Below are positions 54,620 through 64,000 of a stretch of 64,000 bases of DNA, in pieces. Made by a program: the position numbers and the translations under genes. A model generated the notes under the pieces. It worked only from the letters and a program-made list of their open reading frames with translations, ran no database searches and had not been told where the DNA came from. The stretch covers positions 2,384,323 to 2,448,322 of the forward strand of contig NW_002060951.1 of assembly GCF_000150275.1 (NCBI RefSeq), given 5' to 3'. Numbering within the stretch: the stretch's first letter is position 1; every line of letters begins with the position of its first letter. The DNA is from Trichoplax adhaerens. Its lineage: Eukaryota; Animalia; Placozoa.

Positions 54620-54721
54620 CTCTCCTTTGCATAACATTTCTTGTAATTCAGCTACACGATTATTCCAAATGAGCCAATGTAATGGGAATTCCTTACTGGC
54701 CTTTTCACAGTTTTGAGCCAT
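54620..54721 (-). CDS. ANKRD13: ANKRD13-family exon 1 (start codon)
   Basis: ATG at 54721. Translation MAQNCEKASKEFPLHWLIWNNRVAELQEMLCKGE aligns to human [33 protein letters not shown]. Donor gag|gttagt. Confidence 0.8.
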
Positions 54722-55039
54722 CAGTGATGACGCCGGTGGGTCAGATTCTGGAGATGTACACACACTAATACGCTATTACTATATACTATAAATAATAATA
54801 AACACTCTAATATTTGGGCTCGTATCTTTACAGGATAGTACTGATTTACAATAAACGATCATAATCTTAATTATCAGTTAATAATGTCATTCTACAGATA
54901 CATAATGATATCCATGCTGTCTGCTATAGCGTAACTGGATGATATTTGGAGTGTTTAAGGAGAAATCTCTAACATCAGAGCAAGGGATGAACTTGAAAAA
55001 AATTTGTGAATGTCAAACTGCGGAATACTTTGTGAATGG

Positions 55040-55560
55040 TCAAACTGCGGAATACTGTACAGTGTACAGTACAATACTAACTACAGTACATACTGTACAC
55101 TGTACAGTACAGTACTGAAAAAAGCATTCGCTATTATCGTCATCGACGGTAGCCACGATACGACAGTCTCACTCGTTGCAGTTTGTATGAGTCACAGTAT
55201 GCCTTTTGCCTACCCGTTACGGTACTCTTGTTCGGCGTGCAGATTACTACGGTGGCCCATTACTGTACAGATTGCTGTACAGTACAGTGTACAGTACAAC
55301 AAGTACAATACTGTACTGTAAGCTGTACAGTACAGTACAATAAGTACAATACAATGTACTGTACAATGTACAGTGTACAGTACAGCACTCGATATGGCTA
55401 CCTGATCCTTGCTTGGATCATCATAGCGTAAAAAACCTACAGTACTGTACTGTACTGTACTGTACTGTACTGTACTGTACTGTACACCTGAAATTTCCAT
55501 TAGCGTGATTAATTATTGTACTGTACAGTGTACACTGTAGAAGAGCACCGGTGGTAAAGT
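55040..55560. repeat. (TACTG)n/(CAGTA)n array field filling the ANKRD13-POLR1C divergent intergenic region
   Basis: Includes (tactg)x8 at 55441-55485 and many palindromic junctions such as tgtacagtacagtgtacagtaca. ORF-track entries 55010..55321, 55183..55431 and 55210..55500 are artefacts. Confidence 0.9.
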
Positions 55561-56141
55561 AAGATCCATAAAATTACAATTTCATCAATACAAGTTCTAA
55601 TGATAATACGGTGACTTTTATCTGATAGACTTGAAATCATCGAAGTCTAAGATTTTAAAACTGTTTCAGCTGCATACTGCAGTAAATAAACCTGGTCCAG
55701 TCGAACTGTGCAGAACACATACTGTACTGTATAAAGGCACAATTTTTGTTAATAAACTGGCCAGTACGGATGCCGAATCAACTTTAAGTTCATAGTCTTT
55801 ACTTACTATATACTGCATGTGGTATGGCTACGCAAACAGCTCAGCTCCGGACTCGTGTTCAATTGGAAGAATACCAAGTTAAAAATGTTAGATACTGAAC
55901 TTATATATCAAAGTGTTAATTAAGATCATCTTTGTATCTGGAACTACGTGTATTAATAGATTTCCTGTAATTTATTACGCCTCTCATTACTTGTTACCGT
56001 TATTTCACTTTCTACTTATAACGTGTATAGTTCTTGTAACACATACATTATATGCGAATGTAGTAATGGCAATGCATACCAGAATGCAATGATTTCTAGT
56101 TTACAAATGCTCAATAATAATTTACAGATAGCAAGAAATAA

Positions 56142-56165
56142 ATGGTAGATGTCAATGAATTCAGA
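56142..56165 (+). CDS. POLR1C: POLR1C/RPAC1 exon 1 (tentative start, MVDVNEFR)
   Basis: The first ATG upstream of exon 2 that joins in phase through donor aga|gtagtt. Weak similarity to the human N-terminus (...EEMRSRVVLGEFG...). Confidence 0.4.
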
Positions 56166-56286
56166 GTAGTTTACATCTTGTTCCGACGAACCTTATCATT
56201 CGATTGTAGTGGTTAGCTTACACATTTAGAGTATTATATAAATTAAATAATCTACTTATTTGATTTAACGGATGCCAATTTTCTAG

Positions 56287-56358
56287 ACACACACCGTTGA
56301 TTTTCCCGGTGCATTTCACGGTTATGACGATGCCTGGAGTCTCAATAGCTTTAGAAAG
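56287..56358 (+). CDS. POLR1C: POLR1C exon 2
   Basis: Acceptor ttctag|ac; donor aaag|gtccgt. Translation THTVDFPGAFHGYDDAWSLNSFRK aligns to human [23 protein letters not shown]. Confidence 0.85.
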
Positions 56359-56573
56359 GTCCGTATCAATAAATAATTTTGATGAAAACTTCTAGCCAAA
56401 TCGTATGCATATGCGTTCTACAAACTAATAAGAATCCTATTTACGTTACTTTACTGAAATTATTATTTCAGATAGCTTGTCAGTTAAAGTTCTCATCAGT
56501 TATATACAGTGTAACTATGAATATATATATGTGTATATAATTACGTATTATTATTAACTATTATTATAATTAG

Positions 56574-56681
56574 AACTTCAAGATTGAAATCATAAAGGTA
56601 GACAATGAAGAAATGGAATTTGACATGATAGGCATTGATGCATCGATTGCCAATGCTTATAGAAGAATTATGCTTTCTGAG
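56574..56681 (+). CDS. POLR1C: POLR1C exon 3
   Basis: Translation NFKIEIIKVDNEEMEFDMIGIDASIANAYRRIMLSE aligns to human [36 protein letters not shown]. Donor gag|gtagtt. Confidence 0.9.
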
Positions 56682-56808
56682 GTAGTTACATACGTACATG
56701 TTTCAAAAGTAACTTAATCTCACTGTACCCCAAGATAATCTTAAAATCTAACTTTTATACTGAACAAAATAAATTGCTTTAGAGCTCTAAATCATACCTT
56801 TATATTAG

Positions 56809-56871
56809 GTTCCCGCAATGGCAATAGAAAAGGTCGTTATCCATAATAATACATCAATTATACAAGATGAG
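56809..56871 (+). CDS. POLR1C: POLR1C exon 4
   Basis: Translation VPAMAIEKVVIHNNTSIIQDE aligns to human [21 protein letters not shown]. Confidence 0.9.
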
Positions 56872-57089
56872 GTATAACGCTCTCAATTCTTCATTTTTGG
56901 CATGTTCTGTGATTAGATGAAATGTGTTTACAAAAAAGCGATTCGTGTCACAAAAGTGTAATAATAAAATTTTGTAAAATTTACATCTAATATAATTCGT
57001 CATCACATGGCATTGTATGCAGCGAATTTATAATGTTTATAAACATCATGTTGTATAACAATTTCTGAATATTTGTTTCAATCTTTAAG

Positions 57090-57159
57090 GTATTAGCCCA
57101 TAGATTAGGTCTGATTCCTATCGCAGCTGATCCAAAGCTATTTGATAACTTTAATCCAG
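57090..57159 (+). CDS. POLR1C: POLR1C exon 5
   Basis: Translation [23 protein letters not shown] aligns to human [23 protein letters not shown]. Confidence 0.9.
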
Positions 57160-57564
57160 GTACAATAAATTAGTAAAAATAAATTCTACAGTTCAGATTA
57201 TTTCTATTTAGGTTAAAATATATTAATTAACTAATCAATATCAACGGCAGTCCTTCATACTGCACCCATTATCGTATTGGGCGCGATAGTAATTCAAATT
57301 GAAACTTTAATTATTGTTCTAAGACACGAATTGGATATTGATATCTATTTGATATTCTTTTTTGGCAAGTCTTACATATGAAAATCTATCAATTAATACC
57401 TATACCATCCTTTCAGTGAAAATAACAAAAATTATTACTTGAATGTATTCAATGCCTATGCACTTAGTTACTACCATATAGAGCATTCATAGGTTAATAG
57501 CATACTTTGTAATATGGCTTCTGAGTAATGATTAAGGTTTATTAATAGTGTTTATATATTTCAG

Positions 57565-57681
57565 GGGATACGCCGACGAACAAGAACAGTATAACTTTCA
57601 CATTACAAATTAAGTGTATCAGAAATCGCTCGGCACATTCAGATGCAACTGATCCAGAAGAATTATATATTAATTCTAAAG
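57565..57681 (+). CDS. POLR1C: POLR1C exon 6
   Basis: Translation GDTPTNKNSITFTLQIKCIRNRSAHSDATDPEELYINSK aligns to human [40 protein letters not shown]. Confidence 0.85.
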
Positions 57682-57853
57682 GTATACTAGTATTAGCAAT
57701 CACGTAGTCTATATCCTATGATGAATAAGTCTACATCGTTTTCGGTTGACCTTACTATACAGAATATGTTCTTATAGCACACAGTTAAAATGTGCATACT
57801 AGCTACTTTAAATTTCTATTACTTTACTTAACTGCTATTCTTACTACAATAAG

Positions 57854-57903
57854 TAACCACCAAGGATTTAAAATTGAAATACAATGAAGATCAAGACAAT
57901 GCG
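57854..57903 (+). CDS. POLR1C: POLR1C exon 7
   Basis: Acceptor aag|ta; donor gcg|gtaagt. Translation VTTKDLKLKYNEDQDNA. Needed to restore phase between exons 6 and 8. Confidence 0.7.
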
Positions 57904-57998
57904 GTAAGTCAAAATATTGAGGACGTTATTATATTACTAGCTACGTTACAGATAGATGTTACATCTATTCACACAAATTTTGTTTTTTTGTATGACAG

Positions 57999-58064
57999 AT
58001 TCCTAACAAGGACATACGTCCCGTCCATGAGGATATCCTCATAGCAAAATTACGACCTGGTCAG
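57999..58064 (+). CDS. POLR1C: POLR1C exon 8
   Basis: Translation IPNKDIRPVHEDILIAKLRPGQ aligns to human TIRPVHDDILIAQLRPGQ. Confidence 0.9.
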
Positions 58065-58139
58065 GTAATAGAAATTGGTTGTGCCTAGATCATATGCTGC
58101 ATTTCATCAGTAATTTTAATGACTCGTGATTCAATGTAG

Positions 58140-58206
58140 GAAATTGACTTGGAGATGATATGTGTTAAAGGAACTGGTGCCGATCATGCTAAATTTTCTC
58201 CAGTTG
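58140..58206 (+). CDS. POLR1C: POLR1C exon 9
   Basis: Translation [22 protein letters not shown] aligns to human [22 protein letters not shown]. Confidence 0.9.
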
Positions 58207-58321
58207 GTAATAATTTATATCTATTAGTATGGTGATCAAGTTATTCACTTTTATCGTATGCAATGCATGTATAATAGTATCCAAGCACTGCAGGACCTCA
58301 TCTAGAATTATCTCTTTTCAG

Positions 58322-58441
58322 CTACGGCCTCATATAGGTTAATGCCAGAGATTATCCTAAAACAAGCAGTTACTGGTAAGCGAGCTAAAAGACTAGCAAA
58401 ATGTTTTCCTGAAGGTGTTATTGGAATTAAAGAAATCAAAG
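58322..58441 (+). CDS. POLR1C: POLR1C exon 10
   Basis: Translation ATASYRLMPEIILKQAVTGKRAKRLAKCFPEGVIGIKEIK aligns to human [40 protein letters not shown]. Confidence 0.85.
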
Positions 58442-58542
58442 GTAACATATGTATTTATAGTTATCGTATTTTAAATCCATATAAGTATTTTGGATTGTCT
58501 GCATCGTAACAGCCATTATTTCTTCTCTACTTCAAACAAAAG

Positions 58543-58659
58543 GTATAAAGACTGCCTACATAGATAAACCTCGTCTCGATACTTGCAGTAGGCAGGTATT
58601 ACGTGATCCGGAATTAAAAGAACATGTAATATTGAATAAAATTCGTGATCATTTCATAT
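58543..58659 (+). CDS. POLR1C: POLR1C exon 11
   Basis: Translation GIKTAYIDKPRLDTCSRQVLRDPELKEHVILNKIRDHFI aligns to human [39 protein letters not shown]. Confidence 0.9.
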
Positions 58660-58744
58660 GTAAGCTACAATGACATTCGAATTGATAAATTGAACGATGT
58701 TAAATTGCGCGCTTTGCTAATTTTCATGATTTATTATTTCTTAG

Positions 58745-58872
58745 TTTGTATTGAATCTACGGGCTCCATCCCTCCTGCTGATATCTTTCGTGAATCTGTG
58801 AAAATCTTAAGGCAAAAATGCCATAAATTTTTAGAAGAAGTAAACCGTAATGCTATCTCGGATGACACCTAA
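58745..58872 (+). CDS. POLR1C: POLR1C terminal exon
   Basis: Translation FCIESTGSIPPADIFRESVKILRQKCHKFLEEVNRNAISDDT* aligns to human [39 protein letters not shown]. Confidence 0.9.
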
Positions 58873-59439
58873 ACTGAACGGTATTTGATGGCGGTATTTG
58901 TAATGTATTGTTCTAAATACATACTAACTGTATACACTGCTTTCTGTTAACTCATTCATTTGACAAGACACCCTTCGGACATGCACTGCAAAGAGTTTCA
59001 TAATTATTAGATATTTCTATGTTACATCCTTCAGATATAGTGTACATTGTATACAAATAGCTATCACTATGTGTATACATATGCCGGTATACTGTATAAA
59101 TCGCTTTACAAGAATACTCGGTAGGGTGTGATATACCGATTTTACCTGATATTAAATATTTGATTGCAATGATCGCTTATATGACACCATCCGCCGTGCC
59201 AACAAAGGTTTATTACTGTACTTTATATGGCTAGTTTTTTGTATGAACTTATAACATATTTCTTGATTGTGTTATGTTTATGAGCGAAAATAAATGAAGT
59301 AAATGTATAAACACCGCACGATGTACGGTATTAAATTGACAACGTCTCTGATTCAAGGAGTCAAATGATAGAACGCCTGACCATATCGAAGTAGAGAATA
59401 CTCGTCTACGTACAATACATAGTATCACCTTTAAGTTAG

Positions 59440-59520
59440 CCTATTCTACTGTACTGTACAGTACTGTACATCAAATGTACAGAATGTACAGAACACATTG
59501 TACGGTACAGTAGGGATAGT
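59440..59520. repeat. (TACTG)n/(CAGTA)n arrays
   Basis: tactgtactgtacagtactgtacatcaaatgtacagaatgtacag... Confidence 0.85.
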
Positions 59521-60067
59521 ATGGACTGTCATTGCTGTCATGGCTTGCCAGAAAATGATTTTTGAAGTTTTTAATAGTCCGTGATACTATCTACTTTACG
59601 TACAGTAAACCAGTGAAACTTAACTGGTCTATTGTACAGTATTTGTACTATATAGCCAGCAGAGTATGACATCAAAGATGAAGATACAGTACACTACAGT
59701 ACAGTATGTGTAAACTTGATATTAATGATATGAAAACTAGTACTGTAGCATTTATTTTCGAGAAGATATCCTGATTTACTTTGTAGCGATCAAAATGATT
59801 GCTAAATAGTCAGATATCCATATTAAGTTAAGATAATATAGTATTCATTTATCATTAGTGATTGATATTACATGGACTTTGCAAGTTGATCAACTAAAAC
59901 AAGCCAGGGACCTCTAGCCATTTACGCATACTGATAATTTAAAATTTTTTTACTTGAGAGGTCACTGTACTGTACACATAGTGACAGCGCTGTACAGTAC
60001 TGTATGAAGCCTGGCCTGGAGTACCGTACTATCAGTAGAACACTAACTAGTTTTAAGTTTTACTAGT

Positions 60068-60600
60068 ACAAACTCCCGTCGCTATGCTGACGGATTACTT
60101 TGTTATAATATTACAAACTCCCGTCGCTTTGCTGACGGATTATGTTCTTATAATATTATACTTCTAGAATATTATTTTACAATAATACTTCAAAAGTGGC
60201 TCGGCCTTGCATCGCTATGCTGGCGGATTACGTTGTTATAATATTACAAACTCCCGTCGCTTTGCTGACGGATTATGTTCTTATAATATTATACTTCTAG
60301 AATATTATTTTACAATAATACTTCAAAAGTGACTCGGCCTTGCATCGCTATGCTGGCGGATTACGTTGTTATAATATTACAAACTCCCGTCGCTTTGCTG
60401 ACGGATTATGTTCTTATAATATTATACTTCTAGAATATTATTTTACAATAATACTTCAAAAGTGACTCGGCCTTGCATCGCTATGCTGGCGGATTACGTT
60501 GTTATAATATTACAAACTTCCGTCGCTTTGCTAACGGATTATGTTCTTATAATATTATACTGTACTTCTAGAATATTATTTTAAAATAATACTTCAGGCG
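60068..60600. repeat. 133-bp tandem satellite, about 4 copies, with internal ~45-bp sub-repeat
   Basis: acaaactcccgtcgctttgctgacggattatgttcttataatatt recurs at 60068, 60113, 60246, 60379 and 60512 (period 133). Each sub-unit contains the inverted repeat ccgtc-gctNtgct-gacgg (hairpin-capable) and ends in ttataatatt. Confidence 0.9.
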
Positions 60601-60629
60601 TGACTCGGTCTTGTCCTCATTTACTATAC

Positions 60630-60890
60630 AGTACAGTACGTAGCTAACATGTGATACAGTATCACTTACCGGCGTTTTTTTATCATTTGTACAGTACAGT
60701 ACTGTACTGTAGATACTGTAGATAAAAAAAAATGTTATGCTCTTGATTTTTAATAAAGTGGCAGTTAGCGCGCACGCGTAGGGCGGAAAATTTAAAAATA
60801 TGCTGTGGTCACTCAACATGCACAGTACAGTAATTTCAATTTGAAATTTAATTTCTGTTACAGTGTACAGTACAGTACAGCATGTTACAT
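60630..60890. repeat. (TACTG)n/(CAGTA)n arrays flanking the satellite
   Basis: tacagtacagtacgtag...tgtacagtacagtactgtactgtagatactgtag...gtgtacagtacagtacagcatg. Confidence 0.85.
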
Positions 60891-61818
60891 TTATGATGAC
60901 AGACTAGTCTCTGTCGTTAAGTAGCTGGTGACGACTGTCGAAGCCATAGCGAATCTGGAATCGTGAAGAACGACCGTTAATAGTTTACGCTACATTTTCT
61001 ATCATTCACAGTAAAATTGACGGTCTGAAAAGCGATCTAAAAGGTAAGTTAAATGTCAAACTCTATCATGTATGATCCTCCAACCTATAAACATGAGTAA
61101 TAGCTGATTTTTAAGCTTAATCCTTAAATTTAAAAAATTTTGAATGCAATACATACAGTATAGTAGACAGTAATATGGATTTACAGTAAATATCAGTCGT
61201 CAGTTGAAAACAGCAACCTACGCAAGCAAGCAAAATAGGCTGTAATTAGGCTAGCTTTCTCGTCTACATTACTGACAACATTAGAACTGGACAAACTAAA
61301 TAATTTACTTATTGCTCTATCGTATCCTCTCCCACTATACATACACTACATTAGACGTGTACAGTACTGTACAGTATATCTATCCTCTTCTGTGTAACGT
61401 TATTTAGATGCATATACTGTACGTATATGGTGTTGAAAATTAATAATTCTCGAATTAATTCCTAACACTCATATACTCAAATACGGTACAGTACTTTTAG
61501 TAAAACTGCACAAAGAATATAAGTGAATGTACTTATTAGGTCTCAGCGCACCGATATCTTAATCATTAACAACATGGTGTTTAGTTTAGTGTTAGTGAAA
61601 CTTCTGTCTAGAGTTTTCCAGGGGTAGCATGCATGTTAAAAAAAATTGAATCGTAACCTTAGGATTCATTTAATAATTTTTTAAAAGGGAACTTTGCAAT
61701 CGTCTATTATAGGTATAATTCATCGTACGAATTTTAGCTGGAGGTGACAGACCAAACTAAAAAATCAATCCTTATTGATTGTTGATATTATAGCCGAGGG
61801 ATAAAAAGCTGTCTAGAG

Positions 61819-61982
61819 ATGAGTTCAAGTGCTTCGCCGAAGGAAAATAGTGAAAATAACGAGTGGGAGGTTTGTAAGGAGAACATTCAGCCCTTAAAGC
61901 AAGGGAGAATCATGTCCAATCTCCAAGCTGCCTTATCAACGGAATCATCTACAGAACGAAAGAAGTTGCTTGATGAAAAAGA
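61819..61982 (+). CDS. BUB1B: BUB1/BUBR1 (Mad3-type) checkpoint kinase exon 1, with KEN box
   Basis: ATG at 61819. Translation [40 protein letters not shown]... aligns to human BUBR1 ...[30 protein letters not shown]. Donor ga|gtgagt. Confidence 0.85.
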
Positions 61983-62117
61983 GTGAGTCTTTTCTTACAT
62001 AAGCTTCATAAAAATCTTCTAATCTTTAAAATGATCTAGTAAGGTTTTCGCTCATTATTACGTTAGACAGGGTAATTGGCCTAATCATGGTATTATTAAT
62101 ATTCAAACAAAATATAG

Positions 62118-62186
62118 ATTATTCGAAAAAAAGATCATTGCCATCGATTATGACAACGATGATGATCCTTTTGATATATGGTTCCG
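62118..62186 (+). CDS. BUB1B: BUB1/BUBR1 exon 2
   Basis: Translation (E)LFEKKIIAIDYDNDDDPFDIWF aligns to human [22 protein letters not shown]. Donor cg|gtatgt. Confidence 0.8.
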
Positions 62187-62697
62187 GTATGTAAGGAGTA
62201 TCTTTAGATCCATATACATACACTCTGCTAAAGAATTATATTTCCGTAAACTCTAGTATATTTATGCAACTTACTTACACTGTATCACTCTTGTCGCTAT
62301 ACCGTGGTACAACTACAGTGTACGATGTAATCGTATTTGTAAGAGATCAAGCATTAACGCACTGTTTAATTAGGCTAATCAATACAGTATACTGTATTCC
62401 CGGTAACAGAGCAATATGGCTAATACATATTTATGTAGATCTGCTGATATTTTACAATTTTCTATTCTCCTGTTTAAAATGATGATGAAATACGACAAGA
62501 GACAATCCTGCAACAACATTTTCACGAAAGTGTCTCAATTTAGAATTCACTTGCATTAATTCTATTAAACTAAAATTTACTTAGCTGATCTTAATATTGG
62601 CTAAATCGTTATCGTTATTTGTCTCACCCAATATAAGATTCACTTATTTTATTCGTCATAATATCAGTGCTCTAATCTGCAGTTGTTGTTATTGTAG

Positions 62698-62839
62698 GTA
62701 TATTGTTTGGGCTGAACAAAGTTTCAGAAACGCTGGAGAAGCCGGATTTTCCACTTTACTCAAGCGATGTTTAAGAAAATTTAAAGATGAACCTCGATAT
62801 TATAACGACATACGATTTCTGTCCATTTGGATTAAAGCT
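62698..62839 (+). CDS. BUB1B: BUB1/BUBR1 exon 3 (TPR-like Mad3-BUB1 region)
   Basis: Translation RYIVWAEQSFRNAGEAGFSTLLKRCLRKFKDEPRYYNDIRFLSIWIKA aligns to human [49 protein letters not shown]. Donor gct|gtatgt. Confidence 0.9.
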
Positions 62840-63129
62840 GTATGTTATCATTCTTAGTTGCACGAGAATATAATTTCGCCTAAAGTATCTGTTCTCTAGT
62901 ACATTATTCAGTAGCATAAAATTGCGTACTGCAGATAAATAAAAATACTGTATACAGATAAAATTATCAATGTGGATAGATACAGCATAGTGATACTTTT
63001 TGTAACATCGGTTAGTTTTCAACATCAAATAATTTGTATGAACAATTCAGCTTCATCTAGTTAAGTTCTAAATCGAAGTAGAAGTTAACTGTACCCATAA
63101 ACCATTAACATGATACATTGTAATAATAG

Positions 63130-63326
63130 GCTAATGCCTGTAAAGATCCTCGAGATATTTACAATTTTCTCCATGATCGAGGAATTGGTAAATATGACGC
63201 ATTGTTATACGAATGTTGGGCAAAGGTGCTCGATACGATGGGTTCATATAAAAAGGCTGACTGGGTCTATAGAATCGGTTTAGAGAATAAAGCCCAACCT
63301 TTGAAGAGATTGCAAAGACATTACCA
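63130..63326 (+). CDS. BUB1B: BUB1/BUBR1 exon 4
   Basis: Translation ANACKDPRDIYNFLHDRGIGKYDALLYECWAKVLDTMGSYKKADWVYRIGLENKAQPLKRLQRHY aligns to human [65 protein letters not shown]. Donor ca|gtaagt. Confidence 0.9.
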
Positions 63327-63559
63327 GTAAGTCGACATGATTTCTTGGTCAATAACTAAAATCTGAAGTGCTATAGATTGCTTTATATAAATGCAGTATT
63401 TTGTGACTGTGCTCGGTGCTTAGGTAAGCAGTTATTAGTATATTTAAAGTGGTTTAGGTAGTACTCCTATGCTACATATGTATATATTGATCATTGAAAG
63501 GGATTGTCGATTACTGTACTAATACATATTTAAACTATACAAAGGGAATTCTTAGCAAG

Positions 63560-63696
63560 ATCAGCTAATCGACCAAAGGAAGGCGGTACAAACACGGGAA
63601 TATCATCAAATCCTCGTGCTCCTTTAGGTCAGTTACAAAATGCAGATCGAGTGACGGGAAAGGTGAATATTGTTCGTAAAAGCAAAGTCCCTGAAG
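63560..63696 (+). CDS. BUB1B: BUB1/BUBR1 exon 5 (linker)
   Basis: Acceptor gcaag|a; donor gaag|gtatgt. In phase with exon 4. Low-complexity translation QSANRPKEGGTNTGISSNPRAPLGQLQNADRVTGKVNIVRKSKVPE. Confidence 0.6.
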
Positions 63697-63817
63697 GTAT
63701 GTTACCTATATATACATAGCGGTAATGTAACCTTATCTTGCGAGTTATACCTATCATTTCATTTTGGCTGACAATAAGGTAGGTTAATTTAATAAAAGCA
63801 CCATTTTGACGTTACAG

Positions 63818-64000
63818 CTTTGGATGAGGCGGATTCCTTGAAGGCCACTAATTCAACCAGTCAATCATTCAAGATTTTTGTAGATGAAAACCCTAGCAAG
63901 TTGTCATCTGCATCTAAACAAATGCAAGAATGGAAGAGTTTGCCCAACAGTAACAAAGCTGTAAAAGAGAATTCAAAAGGTCTTTCAAAGTGGAATCAGC
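63818..64000 (+). CDS. BUB1B: BUB1/BUBR1 exon 6 (second KEN box), truncated by the window end
   Basis: Acceptor ttacag|c. Translation ...SFKIFVDENPSKL...NSNKAVKENSKGLSKWNQ aligns to the human BUBR1 region ...RITVFDENADEAS...RAKENELQAGPWNTG. Confidence 0.7.

Noticed and set aside
58376-58377. Apparent GTAAG donor after ...AVT(G) in POLR1C exon 10
   Set aside because: Reading through gives KRAKRLAKCFPEGVIGIKEIK, which aligns to human [21 protein letters not shown]. The real donor is at 58442.

Overview
The window is AT-rich (about 30% GC) metazoan nuclear DNA with a very compact gene arrangement: short GT-AG introns of about 80-400 bp and at least 11 protein-coding genes plus one tRNA in 64 kb. 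All gene calls are by eye from translated homology and splice motifs. Genes supported, in order along the window: (1) an RGS-domain sorting nexin of the SNX13/14/25 type, minus strand, running off the 5' edge of the window; (2) a neurofibromin (NF1) orthologue, minus strand, about 4.9-20.4 kb, extremely intron-dense; (3) KMT5A/PR-Set7 H4K20 methyltransferase (SET domain), plus strand, N-terminus unresolved; (4) an Ile-type tRNA with anticodon GAU and a pol III T-run, minus strand; (5) a p62/SQSTM1-like PB1+UBA protein that lacks a ZZ finger, plus strand; (6) a partially modelled multi-pass membrane protein, minus strand; (7) neuferricin/CYB5D2 (cytochrome b5-like haem-binding), minus strand, complete; (8) an HNF1-class POU-homeobox factor, plus strand, with a 3.9 kb first intron; (9) an ANKRD13-family protein (ankyrin repeats plus C-terminal UIMs), minus strand; (10) POLR1C/RPAC1 (AC40 subunit of RNA pol I/III), plus strand, 12 exons; (11) the N-terminal exons of a BUB1/BUBR1 (Mad3-type) checkpoint kinase, plus strand, running off the 3' edge. 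The most striking non-genic signal is a family of pentanucleotide (TACTG)n / (CAGTA)n arrays. They occur in both orientations, often abutted so that they form long perfect palindromes around GTAC, and they sit in almost every intergenic region and several introns (more than 20 loci). There is also a 133-bp x 4 satellite with an internal hairpin-forming 45-bp sub-repeat, and a cluster of tandem and inverted repeats at about 3.2-3.8 kb. No prokaryotic-style 'system' is present. Many ORF-track entries are frame artefacts of the pentanucleotide arrays.
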